A stretch of DNA of 58,624 nt from Longimicrobiales bacterium (GTDB taxonomy: Bacteria > Gemmatimonadota > Gemmatimonadetes > Longimicrobiales > RSA9). The position numbers and the translations under genes are program-made. How positions within the stretch are numbered: position 1 is the stretch's first letter; each line of letters opens with the position of its first letter. The notes below the pieces were generated by a model, which worked only from the letters and a program-made list of their open reading frames with translations, was not told the origin of the DNA and did no database searches. Positions 51,067 through 58,624 of the stretch are shown piece by piece. The DNA lies in the NCBI GenBank assembly GCA_036564015.1, contig DATCLG010000217.1:1-58624 (forward strand), in the 5' to 3' direction.

Positions 51067-51290
51067 CGCTCGCCGCAGTGCCCATGTTGCGCCCCGCTTC
51101 TTTAGCAGGATCGATTCCACTCCGGGCATGTGACGGCATCTTCCTATAAATCAATCGATTACACGATCGGCCCGCCGCCGCAGACCACGAAAAATCGAGA
51201 AATCCTTGCAGAGCACCGCTACTCTTTTCCCAATCTACACCCTCCGATCCGCCACCCACCCGGAACCGCGAGTACGTACAACCGCCCCCG

Positions 51291-52136
51291 TCAGCGGAGC
51301 CCCCTCAGCCGCGACAGGTTCTCCCGGTCCGCCGCCACCGGATCCTTGCCCTTCGGCGTCTCGATCAGCTTCGGGATCCCCAGCAGCCGCGGATCACGCA
51401 CGATCCGCCGGAACGGCTCCAGCCCCAGCTCCCCGTCCCCGATCCAGGCGTGCCGGTCCCGGTGGCTCCCCAGCGCCCCCTTCACATCGTTCAGGTGGAG
51501 GACCTTCAGCCGGTCGAACCCGATGATCTCCCCGAAACGGTCCATGACGCCGTCGTAGTCGTTCACCAGGTCGTAGCCGGCCGCGTAGAGGTGCGCCGTG
51601 TCCAGGCACACGCCCACCCGCTCCTGCACCTCCGCCGGGATGAGCTCGATCATCCGCGCCAGCTCCTCGAACGTCGACCCCAGCACGTTGCCGGCGCCCG
51701 CCGTGATCTCGATCGCGAAAACGGTGTCGCCGCCGGCCTCGAGCAGCGCCCGGCCGATCGCCCGTGCATTCTGGATCAGCCCGCGCTCCCTGTCGCCGTC
51801 CGTGGCGTTCCCCGGGTGGTCCACCAGGTAGTCGATTCCCAGCGCCCCGCATCGCTGCAGCTCGGCGACTTCCGCCCGGTAGGACCGCTCGAAGAGCTCC
51901 GGGTCGGGCGTGGCCAGGTTCGGCAGATAGGAGCCGTGAGCGACCACGACGCGGATGCCATGCCGCTCACGCTCCGCCCGGAACGCCGCGACCTGCTCCT
52001 CGGTGAGCCGGGGCTCGGCCCAGCGCTGCGGCGGCTTCGTGAACATCTGCAGCACCACGCTCTCGAGCTCGGCGGCTCGCGCGTGCACCGTCGCCGGCCC
52101 TCCCGCGGCGGCGACGTGCGCCCCGAATTCGTCCAT
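51291..52136 (-). CDS. nfo: deoxyribonuclease IV (endonuclease IV, AP endonuclease family 2)
   Basis: Trimmed to the ATG at 52136 (GGAGGGGGAG upstream). AHGSYLPNL, DHPGN, CLDTAHLYAAGYD and LHLNDVK. Confidence 0.9.
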   Translation of the reverse strand: MDEFGAHVAAAGGPATVHARAAELESVVLQMFTKPPQRWAEPRLTEEQVAAFRAERERHGIRVVVAHGSYLPNLATPDPELFERSYRAEVAELQRCGALGIDYLVDHPGNATDGDRERGLIQNARAIGRALLEAGGDTVFAIEITAGAGNVLGSTFEELARMIELIPAEVQERVGVCLDTAHLYAAGYDLVNDYDGVMDRFGEIIGFDRLKVLHLNDVKGALGSHRDRHAWIGDGELGLEPFRRIVRDPRLLGIPKLIETPKGKDPVAADRENLSRLRGLR

Positions 52137-52329
52137 CTCCCCCTCCGACCGGGTCCAGCACCTCCGCCGGCACCGGCCATGCGCCGCCGCCGGCGGTTGC
52201 CTCCTTTCCGGCCCACGCGGACCGGCTGTGCCCCAGAATAGCTCCGCTGACCCGCTGGCGCCATCCCGGACGTGCGGCCCAAAACCTGCGACGGCGACCG
52301 GCGCCATCGGCCCAGAGAAAGGTTGCCCG

Positions 52330-54393
52330 ATGTCCGAGATCGCCGATACCGGACCTGGCGATGCCACGGTGGATCGAGAGGAGCCGCACCGTCTGCTCCT
52401 CGACGGCATCCGCGATTACGCGATCATCGCCCTCGACCAGAACGGCCGCATCACTGACTGGAACACGGGCGCCACCCTGCTCTTCGGCTGCCCGCGGGAA
52501 GAGGCCCTGGGCCAGCCGTTCGCCCGGTTCTTCCCCCCGGAGGCCCGCGAGCGCGGCGACCCCGAGCGCCAGCTCCGCATCGCCCGGTCACGCGGGCAGG
52601 CCAGCGATGAAGTGTGGCTCATCCGTAAGGATGGAACCGCGTTCCGCGCCAGCGGCGTCACCACCGCCCTCCGCGACTCCAGGGGCCGGCTCCTCGGGTT
52701 CGCCAAGGTCCTCCACAGGGCCGACGAGGCTGCTGCCCGCCGGGCCCGCGAGGAGACCGCCCGGCGCGCACAGGCCGAAGAGGCCGAGCGGCGCCTCACC
52801 GCGATCCTCGAGGGCACGCCCGACTTCGTCGCCACCTTCGACCCTGAAGGGCGCATCTTCTACCTCAACCAGGCGGGCCGGAGGATGCTCGGCATCGCGC
52901 CCGACGAAGACGTCTCCAAGATCCGCATGACCGACATCCATTCCGAGGCCGTCGTGGCGAAGATCCTCCAGCAGGCCATTCCCACCGTGCTCCGCGAGGG
53001 GAGCTGGCGGGGCGAAACCTCGCTCCGGAGCCGCGACGGCCGCGAGATCCCCGTCTCCCAGGTGATCCTCGCGCATCGCAACCCTCAAGGCGAGGTGGAG
53101 TTCCTCTCGACGATCGCGCACGACATCGGGGAACGGAAGCGCAACGAGGAGAACCTGCGCTTCCTGGCCGAGGCGAGCCAGGCGCTCGTCGCCCCGCTCG
53201 ATTTCGAGGCCACCAGCGAGCGCCTCGCTCGCCTCATCGTCCCCCGCCTCGCCGACTTCTGCACCATCGACGTCCGGCAGAACTCCGAGGTGCGTCGCGT
53301 GGCCGCCGTCCACAGCGACCCCGAAAAGGAGGAGATCCTGGGCAAGATCTCCAGCTACCCGCCCGACCCCACCCGGCCCGTCGGCGTCGACGCCGTGATT
53401 CGGAAGGGAGAACCCGAGCTCGTCCCCCACGTCTCGGTCGCGTGGCTCCGCGCCGCCAGCCGGGACGATGAGCACTTCGAAGCGCTGCGGGAACTGGATC
53501 CGAAGTCGCTCATCATCGTGCCCCTGCAGGCGCGCGGCCAGACCTTCGGTGCCATGGTCCTCGGCTCGGCCCAGCCCGGCAGATTCACGCCCGCCGACCT
53601 CGAACTGGCCGGCGAGCTCGCGCGCCGCGCCGCACTCGCGATGAACAACGCCCGGCTCTACCAGGATGCCCGCCACGCCACCCACATCCGCGACCAGGTC
53701 CTCCGCATCGTCGCCCACGACCTCCGCAACCCCCTCAACACCATCTCGCTCAGTGCCGGGCTCCTCCTCGAGTCGCTCCCCGAACAGCTGGCCAAGGAAC
53801 GCGACCAGCTCGCTCTCATCCAGCGGTCCGTCGACCGGGCCAACCGGCTCATCCGGGACCTGCTCGACGTCGCCCGCATCGAGGCGCGCGGCATCGCCGT
53901 CGATCGTGCGCCCCACGACGCCGCCGCGCTGGTCCGCGAAGCCGCCGAGCTCCACCGCCCGCTCGCCGAAGAGAAGGGCCTCCAGCTCGAGGTCCACCTG
54001 CCAGAGGACCTGCCCGCCGTCTACGTCGACCGGGACCGGGTCCTCCAGGTCCTCGGCAACCTGCTCGGCAACGCCATCGAGTTCACCCCCCGGGGCGGGC
54101 GCATCACGGTCCGGGCCGAGCGCCTCGATGGCCAGGTCCGGTGCTCCGTCTCCGACACCGGCCCGGGGATCCCTGAGGATCAGCTCCCGCACATCTTCGA
54201 ACCGTTCTGGCAGGCCACCAAGCGGACGGGGGAAGGCGCGGGCCTCGGCCTCACCATCGCCCGCGCCATCATTCAGGCCCACGGAGGGCAGATCTGGGCC
54301 GAGTCCAAGCCCGGCGCCGGCACGACCTTTTACTTCACGCTCCCGACGACGGACGCCACGGGCCGGCCCTCCTCGAGCCCACCCGCCACGTGA
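52330..54393 (+). CDS. cytoplasmic PAS-PAS-GAF sensor histidine kinase (no adjacent response regulator)
   Basis: Trimmed to the ATG at 52330. Two PAS modules (DGIRDYAIIALDQNGRITDWN; FDPEGRIFYLNQAG). GAF region. H-box RIVAHDLRNPLNTI. N/G boxes GNLLGNAIEFTP, DTGPGI and GLGLTIARAII. No TM segment seen. Confidence 0.9.
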   Translation: MSEIADTGPGDATVDREEPHRLLLDGIRDYAIIALDQNGRITDWNTGATLLFGCPREEALGQPFARFFPPEARERGDPERQLRIARSRGQASDEVWLIRKDGTAFRASGVTTALRDSRGRLLGFAKVLHRADEAAARRAREETARRAQAEEAERRLTAILEGTPDFVATFDPEGRIFYLNQAGRRMLGIAPDEDVSKIRMTDIHSEAVVAKILQQAIPTVLREGSWRGETSLRSRDGREIPVSQVILAHRNPQGEVEFLSTIAHDIGERKRNEENLRFLAEASQALVAPLDFEATSERLARLIVPRLADFCTIDVRQNSEVRRVAAVHSDPEKEEILGKISSYPPDPTRPVGVDAVIRKGEPELVPHVSVAWLRAASRDDEHFEALRELDPKSLIIVPLQARGQTFGAMVLGSAQPGRFTPADLELAGELARRAALAMNNARLYQDARHATHIRDQVLRIVAHDLRNPLNTISLSAGLLLESLPEQLAKERDQLALIQRSVDRANRLIRDLLDVARIEARGIAVDRAPHDAAALVREAAELHRPLAEEKGLQLEVHLPEDLPAVYVDRDRVLQVLGNLLGNAIEFTPRGGRITVRAERLDGQVRCSVSDTGPGIPEDQLPHIFEPFWQATKRTGEGAGLGLTIARAIIQAHGGQIWAESKPGAGTTFYFTLPTTDATGRPSSSPPAT

Positions 54394-54503
54394 AGCTCCG
54401 GCCATGCGCGTCGAATCTCGCCTCCGCGTAGCCCGGGCTGGCTCCGCTCGATCAGGCCTACACCGCTGGCCTGCCTCCCGGTCTATCGCAGCCGCGCCTG
54501 TTT

Positions 54504-54512
54504 TGGTAAAAT
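54504..54512 (+). promoter_or_regulatory. extended -10-like element TGgTAAAAT upstream of ppa
   Basis: AT-rich island ttttggtaaaattaatg. No good -35. It is followed by the hairpin CCGCCC-gaaca-GGGCGG (54520-54536) and a purine-rich leader. Confidence 0.3.
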
Positions 54513-54623
54513 TAATGCTCCGCCCGAACAGGGCGGGTGAGGAAGAAGAGGAAGACGAATGAACCGAGCTTCGCCGGCTCCCGACACGAGCTCGAGGGCC
54601 GGCGAGCCATTGTGGAGGAACGA

Positions 54624-55172
54624 ATGGCGCCTCACCCCTGGCACGATCTGCCGCCCGGCCCCAACCCGCCGGACGAGCTCAACGTGATCATCGAGATTCC
54701 CCGGGGGACCCGCAACAAGTACGAGCTGGACAAGGAGACCGGCCTCTTCCGCCTCGACCGCCTCCTCTACAGCGCGGTCTACTACCCCGGCGACTACGGG
54801 CTCGTCCCCCGGACCCTCGCCGACGACGGCGACCCGCTCGACGTCCTCGTCATGGTCACCGAGCCCACCTTCCCCGGATGCCTCATCGTCGTTCGGCCGA
54901 TCGGCGCCTTCCTGATGCAGGATGAGCGAGGCTCCGACGAGAAGATCCTGGCGGTGCCGGTGCAGGACCCCCTCTACTCCGAGTACCACGACCTCGACGA
55001 CGTGGCGCCGCACTTCCTCCGCGAGGTCGAGCACTTCTTCGAGATCTACAAAGAGCTCGAAGGCGTGACCACGACCGTGATCGGGTGGCGCGATCGCGCG
55101 GAGGCCCGGCGCATCATCCTCGCGGCCATCGAAGGCTACGAGCGTCAACGAGACCGCGCCGCGGCCGATTGA
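54624..55172 (+). CDS. ppa: inorganic pyrophosphatase (family I)
   Basis: Trimmed to the ATG at 54624 (GGAGGAA Shine-Dalgarno). VIIEIPRGTRNKYE, YPGDYGLVPRT and DGDPLDVLV. Confidence 0.92.
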   Translation: MAPHPWHDLPPGPNPPDELNVIIEIPRGTRNKYELDKETGLFRLDRLLYSAVYYPGDYGLVPRTLADDGDPLDVLVMVTEPTFPGCLIVVRPIGAFLMQDERGSDEKILAVPVQDPLYSEYHDLDDVAPHFLREVEHFFEIYKELEGVTTTVIGWRDRAEARRIILAAIEGYERQRDRAAAD

Positions 55173-55249
55173 AACAAACACGGCCCGGCGCGGCAGTCCC
55201 CGCGTCGGGCCTCCCTTCGTCTCTCTCGATTACGCCGGTACGGCGCCCG

Positions 55250-55453
55250 TCACATCCTCGGCGTCGTGTCCGTCGGCGCGCCCGGGACGGTTTCCGTGGG
55301 CATCGTCGGCGCTGGTGCTGGAGCCGGCGCGGGCGCGGGCGGCGGAGCCTCTTCGACCGGGGGCGCCTCCTCCATCGGCTCCTGCCTCCTCTCGCACGCC
55401 ACCACGGGCAGGATCGACCAGGCTACGAGAACCGCGAGCCATGACCGCCTCAT
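55250..55453 (-). CDS. small Pro/Ala-rich putative lipoprotein
   Basis: ATG at 55453 with GGAGAGG 5 nt upstream. MRRSWLAVLVAWSILPVVAC (lipobox), then EEAPPVEEAPPPAPAPAPAPAPT. Short and low complexity, so this is tentative. Confidence 0.45.
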   Translation of the reverse strand: MRRSWLAVLVAWSILPVVACERRQEPMEEAPPVEEAPPPAPAPAPAPAPTMPTETVPGAPTDTTPRM

Positions 55454-55645
55454 ACGCACCTCTCCACCAAGGGTCGAAGTGTGTACTTCGCGACGCTCTG
55501 CCGCGAAGCCCCATCGATCGGCGCACGGCGCCGATCGGACCTACCGACCACGAGTGCCCACCGCGCTGCAACTTGTGTGCAGCGCAAAGACGTGTCAAGG
55601 CTCTAGCAAGTCCTTTGCCGCGCCGGCAGCCCGCCTCCGGGCAGG

Positions 55646-55674
55646 CTCGAGGCCGGGCGCGACCCGGCCTCGAG
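55646..55674 (-). terminator. 12 bp perfect hairpin immediately downstream of htrA
   Basis: CTCGAGGCCGGG-cgcga-CCCGGCCTCGAG, 13 nt beyond the stop at 55688. Confidence 0.55.
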
Positions 55675-55687
55675 TCTCGCTCCGCCC

Positions 55688-57178
55688 TCACCTCCGGATC
55701 CGGTAGTTCACGATCGTCCGGCTGCCATCCTCGGGGCGGCGGACCACCAGCGACACGGCCTGCCCAGGCCGGAGCTCACGCGCGGCCCGCTCCAGGTCGC
55801 GCACCGTCTGCACCTCCCGCCCGTTCACACTCTCGATGACCATTCCCGGCCGCAGACCCGCCCGGCCGGCCGGACCCAGTTCCTCCACATCGACGATGAC
55901 CACCCCACGCTCGGCCCCCTTCAAGTCGAGCCGCCGCGCCAGCTCCGGCGTCAGGTCACGGACCTGGAACCCCAGACGGGCGAGGCCGCCGCCTCTCTCC
56001 GACCTGGTGTCGTCGCTCGCCTTGACCGCGGGCTCGAAGGTCCCCAGCTCGGCGGAGATCCTGAGGCGCTTCCCGTACCGCACCACGTCCAGCGTCACCT
56101 TCTCACCCGGCTGGCGACGCGCCAGCAGCTCCGTGAGCTCGCCGCTGTCTTCGATCGGCTTGCCGTCCACCCCCACGATCACGTCACCTAGCTGGATGCC
56201 CGCCCGGTCCGCCGCACTCCCGGCCTCGATCCCGACCACCTCCGCACCCATCGGCCGCTCCAGCCGGTAGACCTCCGCATCGGCCGACGTCACGTCGCTC
56301 ACCTGAACACCCAGCTTCGGCCGCCGCACCGCCCCGTAGCGGATCAGGTCGTCCGCCACCCGCTTCGCCAGATTGATCGGGATCGCGAAGCCGTAGCCGC
56401 TGTAGTATCCCGTATTGCTCCGGATCGCGCTGTTGATCCCGATCGCGCGGCCGTTCAGGTCCACCAGCGGACCGCCCGAGTTCCCCGGGTTGATCGCCGC
56501 GTCCGTCTGGATGAAGTGCTCCAGGCGCTCCTGGCGCCCGATGATCCCCAGCTGCCGGCCCTTGGCGCTCACGATCCCCGCCGTCACCGTCGCCCCCAGC
56601 TCGAGCGGGTACCCCAGCGCCACCACCCAGTCGCCCACCGCGACCGCGTCCGAGTCGCCGAGCGGCACCACGGGCAAGCCCTGCGCGTCGATCTTCAACA
56701 CCGCCACATCCGTGTTCGGGTCACGCCCCACGACCCGCGCCTCGAACTCGCGCTTGTCCTGCAACACCACCGTCACCCGCCGGGCGTCCTCCACGACGTG
56801 GTTGTTCGTCAGGATGTAGCCGTCGGGCCGGAAGATGAACCCGGAGCCGTGACCCGTCCGCGGCGGCACGGACCTCGGCGGCCCGCCCCGGAAAAAGTCC
56901 TCGAAAGGCGTCCCCTGGAACGGGCTCCGCCCCTCGACCTCCACCTCCACCCGCACCACGCCCGGCATGGCCCGCTCCGCGGCCCGCCGGAACGCCCGGC
57001 TCAGCTCGTTCGGCGTCGTGTCCGCCCGTACGGGCTCCGCGGGCGCACTGGCCGCGACGCCCCCCGCCAGCTGCGCGTCGGCGTCATCCGCCAGGACCGC
57101 GCCGAGTTGCGTCGCTCCCAGGATCGTCGTCGCCAGCAGCGCCACGCCGGCAACGACCTGCTTCCGCGACAGATTCAC
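55688..57178 (-). CDS. htrA: Do/DegP/HtrA family periplasmic serine protease with two PDZ domains
   Basis: GTG start with GGAGG upstream. Catalytic triad contexts TNNHVV, DVAVLK and GNSGGPLV. Two PDZ regions (GDVIVGVDGKPI; GMVIESVNGREV). Confidence 0.92.
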   Translation of the reverse strand: MNLSRKQVVAGVALLATTILGATQLGAVLADDADAQLAGGVAASAPAEPVRADTTPNELSRAFRRAAERAMPGVVRVEVEVEGRSPFQGTPFEDFFRGGPPRSVPPRTGHGSGFIFRPDGYILTNNHVVEDARRVTVVLQDKREFEARVVGRDPNTDVAVLKIDAQGLPVVPLGDSDAVAVGDWVVALGYPLELGATVTAGIVSAKGRQLGIIGRQERLEHFIQTDAAINPGNSGGPLVDLNGRAIGINSAIRSNTGYYSGYGFAIPINLAKRVADDLIRYGAVRRPKLGVQVSDVTSADAEVYRLERPMGAEVVGIEAGSAADRAGIQLGDVIVGVDGKPIEDSGELTELLARRQPGEKVTLDVVRYGKRLRISAELGTFEPAVKASDDTRSERGGGLARLGFQVRDLTPELARRLDLKGAERGVVIVDVEELGPAGRAGLRPGMVIESVNGREVQTVRDLERAARELRPGQAVSLVVRRPEDGSRTIVNYRIRR

Positions 57179-57378
57179 TTCGTCCTACCTCCACCTGGAC
57201 AGGATCGCATATCCGTTCCCTGCCTGTCGCTCGGAGGACACGCAGAGAGTCGAGCTCGGTGCCTTGCCGGGTTCAACATACACCCGCGCCCGCGAAAACG
57301 TTCGCCCGCCCCCGGCCGCGCCCGCCCCGGGTATGCTTCTTGCCCCTACCCTCCAATGAGAGGCCGAACCTCAACCGC

Positions 57379-57918
57379 GTGCGGGCCGTGTCGTTGCTCA
57401 TCGCCCTCTACCTGCTGCTCGTCATCGCCCTGCCTCTGGCGCTCAGCGTCGCGGTAAGCTACCGGACGCTCCCCGAAGAACGATCCTGCCCCATCTGCGG
57501 CAACGAAACCCTCCACGTCCTCAGCCGGTGGCTCCGCTTCGTCTCCGCATTCACCCGCAAATCCACCCTCGAGCGCCGCTGGTGCACCGCTTGCGGCTGG
57601 GAGGGCGTCATCCGCATCCGCACCCGCCGCCCGGCCCGCAACCCCCTCGGTTCCGAGCCGCTCCCGACCGGCGTCCTCAACGCCGTCGACCTCCGCTTCC
57701 TCGAAGTCGACGGCCGCGCCTGGCGCGTGCTCCTGCAGTGCTGGTGCGACGCCGAGCGCTGGTACGGCCGCCTCCTCTTCGTCGACCCGACCGGGCGCTT
57801 CCTCGTCGACTCCGGCGAACCCCTCCACGGCCTCTCCCAGCACGATGTGATCCGGCAGGCGCTCGCCCTCTCGGACCGCATCCTCACCTGCCGGCTCCGC
57901 GAAGTCACTTCCGATTGA
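57379..57918 (+). CDS. hypothetical membrane-anchored protein with CxxC...CxxC zinc-ribbon motif
   Basis: Frame of ORF 57259..57918. TM segment AVSLLIALYLLLVIALPLALSVAV, then CPICGNE...(29 aa)...CTACGW. The start is uncertain (GTG at 57379 chosen; GTG 57388 and TTG 57394 are possible). No family recognised. Confidence 0.5.
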   Translation: MRAVSLLIALYLLLVIALPLALSVAVSYRTLPEERSCPICGNETLHVLSRWLRFVSAFTRKSTLERRWCTACGWEGVIRIRTRRPARNPLGSEPLPTGVLNAVDLRFLEVDGRAWRVLLQCWCDAERWYGRLLFVDPTGRFLVDSGEPLHGLSQHDVIRQALALSDRILTCRLREVTSD

Positions 57919-58198
57919 AATTCGCGACGCCTCCCGCAGCTTAGGCCCCGCCCGCTCTCGCCCCCGACCGGCAAATGGCACCGCCTCCGGCAGCGCCACG
58001 GCCAGGCCGCCGACCGCGCCAGCCGACGAGCCGCCGCCCCACGCTCCCGGGCCACCACGCCAGCAAACGATGAGGCTTTCGTCGCGGAGTTCCGGGGCCG
58101 CTCGGCCCACCCGGGCGACACGACAGAGGATACAAAGAGGAACACCGGCCGAGGGCGGGCGCTCGGCCGGCGGGGTGGAATCAGGGGGGATACGGACT

Positions 58199-58243
58199 GC
58201 CCGCCGACCCGCTCGCAGCGCAAAGCGTGTGCCGGTCGGCGGC
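58199..58243 (-). terminator. GC hairpin downstream of metK
   Basis: The minus strand reads GCCGCCGACC...GGTCGGCG(G)GC with a 24 nt loop, 11 nt after the stop. Confidence 0.4.
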
Positions 58244-58254
58244 TACAGCATGGA

Positions 58255-58624
58255 TCAGACGTGCACCGGAACGGCCGGCTCGACCACCACCCGCTCCCAC
58301 GGGAACTCCCCCGCGCCGTTCGGACGGCGCCCGAAGTGCCCGTAGGCCGACGTCACGGCGTAGATCGGTCGCAGGAGATCCAGGCCCTCCACGATCCCGC
58401 GCGGCGTCAGATCGAACCGCTCCCGCACCCACCGCTCGATCGCGGCCTCGTCCTCCTGACCGGTGCCGAACGTCTCCACCCCGATCGCCACCGGCTCCGC
58501 CACGCCGATCGCATAGGCGAGCTGGATCTCGCACCGCCGCGCCAGCCCCGCCGCCACCACGTTCTTCGCCGCCCAACGCGCCGCATACGCCCCCGAACGA
58601 TCCACCTTCGACGGGTCCTTCCCG
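58255..58624 (-). CDS. metK: S-adenosylmethionine synthetase, C-terminal part (5' end beyond window)
   Basis: The frame is open to the window edge. (G)[43 protein letters not shown]...AYGHFGR is the conserved MetK C-terminal domain. Confidence 0.9.
   Translation of the reverse strand, partial: GKDPSKVDRSGAYAARWAAKNVVAAGLARRCEIQLAYAIGVAEPVAIGVETFGTGQEDEAAIERWVRERFDLTPRGIVEGLDLLRPIYAVTSAYGHFGRRPNGAGEFPWERVVVEPAVPVHV

Noticed and set aside
51055-51130. Possible complete second tRNA around the tRNA-like fragment at 51.1 kb (CCCGC-TTCTTTA-GCAGG could mimic a Lys-CTT anticodon arm).
   Set aside because: No T stem can be formed (GCAGG versus CCACT). No acceptor or D arm is present, and position 37 would be a pyrimidine.
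55300-55380. GCN-repeat DNA (ggcgctggtgctggagccggcgcgggcgcgggcggcgga) as a possible CRISPR array or microsatellite.
   Set aside because: It is too short, irregular, and has no spacer/repeat periodicity. It simply encodes the Ala/Pro-rich segment of the small lipoprotein candidate on the opposite strand.
57185-57215. SigmaE-like GGAAC...TCCAG motif just upstream of htrA.
   Set aside because: The spacer is only 13-15 nt. The implied transcription start would fall inside or next to the htrA Shine-Dalgarno, leaving no leader. It also lacks the GTAT element shared by the two other ECF-like candidates.

Overview
58.6 kb chromosomal segment from a very high-GC (~70%) bacterium. It is densely coded, with about 55 credible CDS. 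I saw no rRNA genes, CRISPR arrays, transposases or integrases. Gene calls come from recognisable protein motifs in the supplied ORF track. Starts were re-trimmed to ATG/GTG/TTG codons with Shine-Dalgarno support or ATGA/GTGA coupling to the upstream stop. Most long ORFs in the track are GC-driven shadow ORFs or false N-terminal extensions. Content, left to right: (1) hemH fragment, then a ~930 bp gene-less region. (2) A ~13 kb minus-strand L-fucose utilisation locus: secreted GH29 fucosidase, sugar ABC importer, the non-phosphorylative L-fucose pathway enzymes, and LutABC embedded to oxidise the L-lactate end product. (3) A tRNA-like gene with an abnormally short anticodon arm. (4) pntAA-pntAB-pntB transhydrogenase. 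(5) An ECF sigma/anti-sigma pair flanked by two LTxxQ (Spy/CpxP-like) periplasmic proteins. (6) crcB plus a DUF190 gene. (7) Housekeeping and stress genes: qor, DUF885, EVE, M20 peptidase, nucleotidyltransferase, SIMPL, DUF1499, amidohydrolase, a divergent Lon, DUF445, ArsR-type regulator, DUF4142, IMPase. (8) A long minus-strand run containing a GTP cyclohydrolase I / PTPS / SDR / QueD pterin cluster, then OsmC, FadD, CutA, a TPR protein and a degenerate macro-domain protein. (9) An outer-membrane barrel plus matrixin-like lipoprotein, nfo, an orphan PAS-PAS-GAF histidine kinase, ppa, htrA and a metK fragment. I found no obvious novel multi-gene defence or mobile system. The most interesting signals are: the self-contained fucose-to-pyruvate locus that lacks a canonical fucose dehydrogenase; the BH4-type pterin cluster; the non-canonical tRNA-like gene; an identical 13-mer embedded in a ~45 bp similar element upstream of two periplasmic-protein genes; a 66-bp-spaced tandem repeat in a 400 bp convergent spacer; and several unusually long gene-less GC-rich intergenic regions. 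All homology statements are from my reading of motifs, not from database searches.
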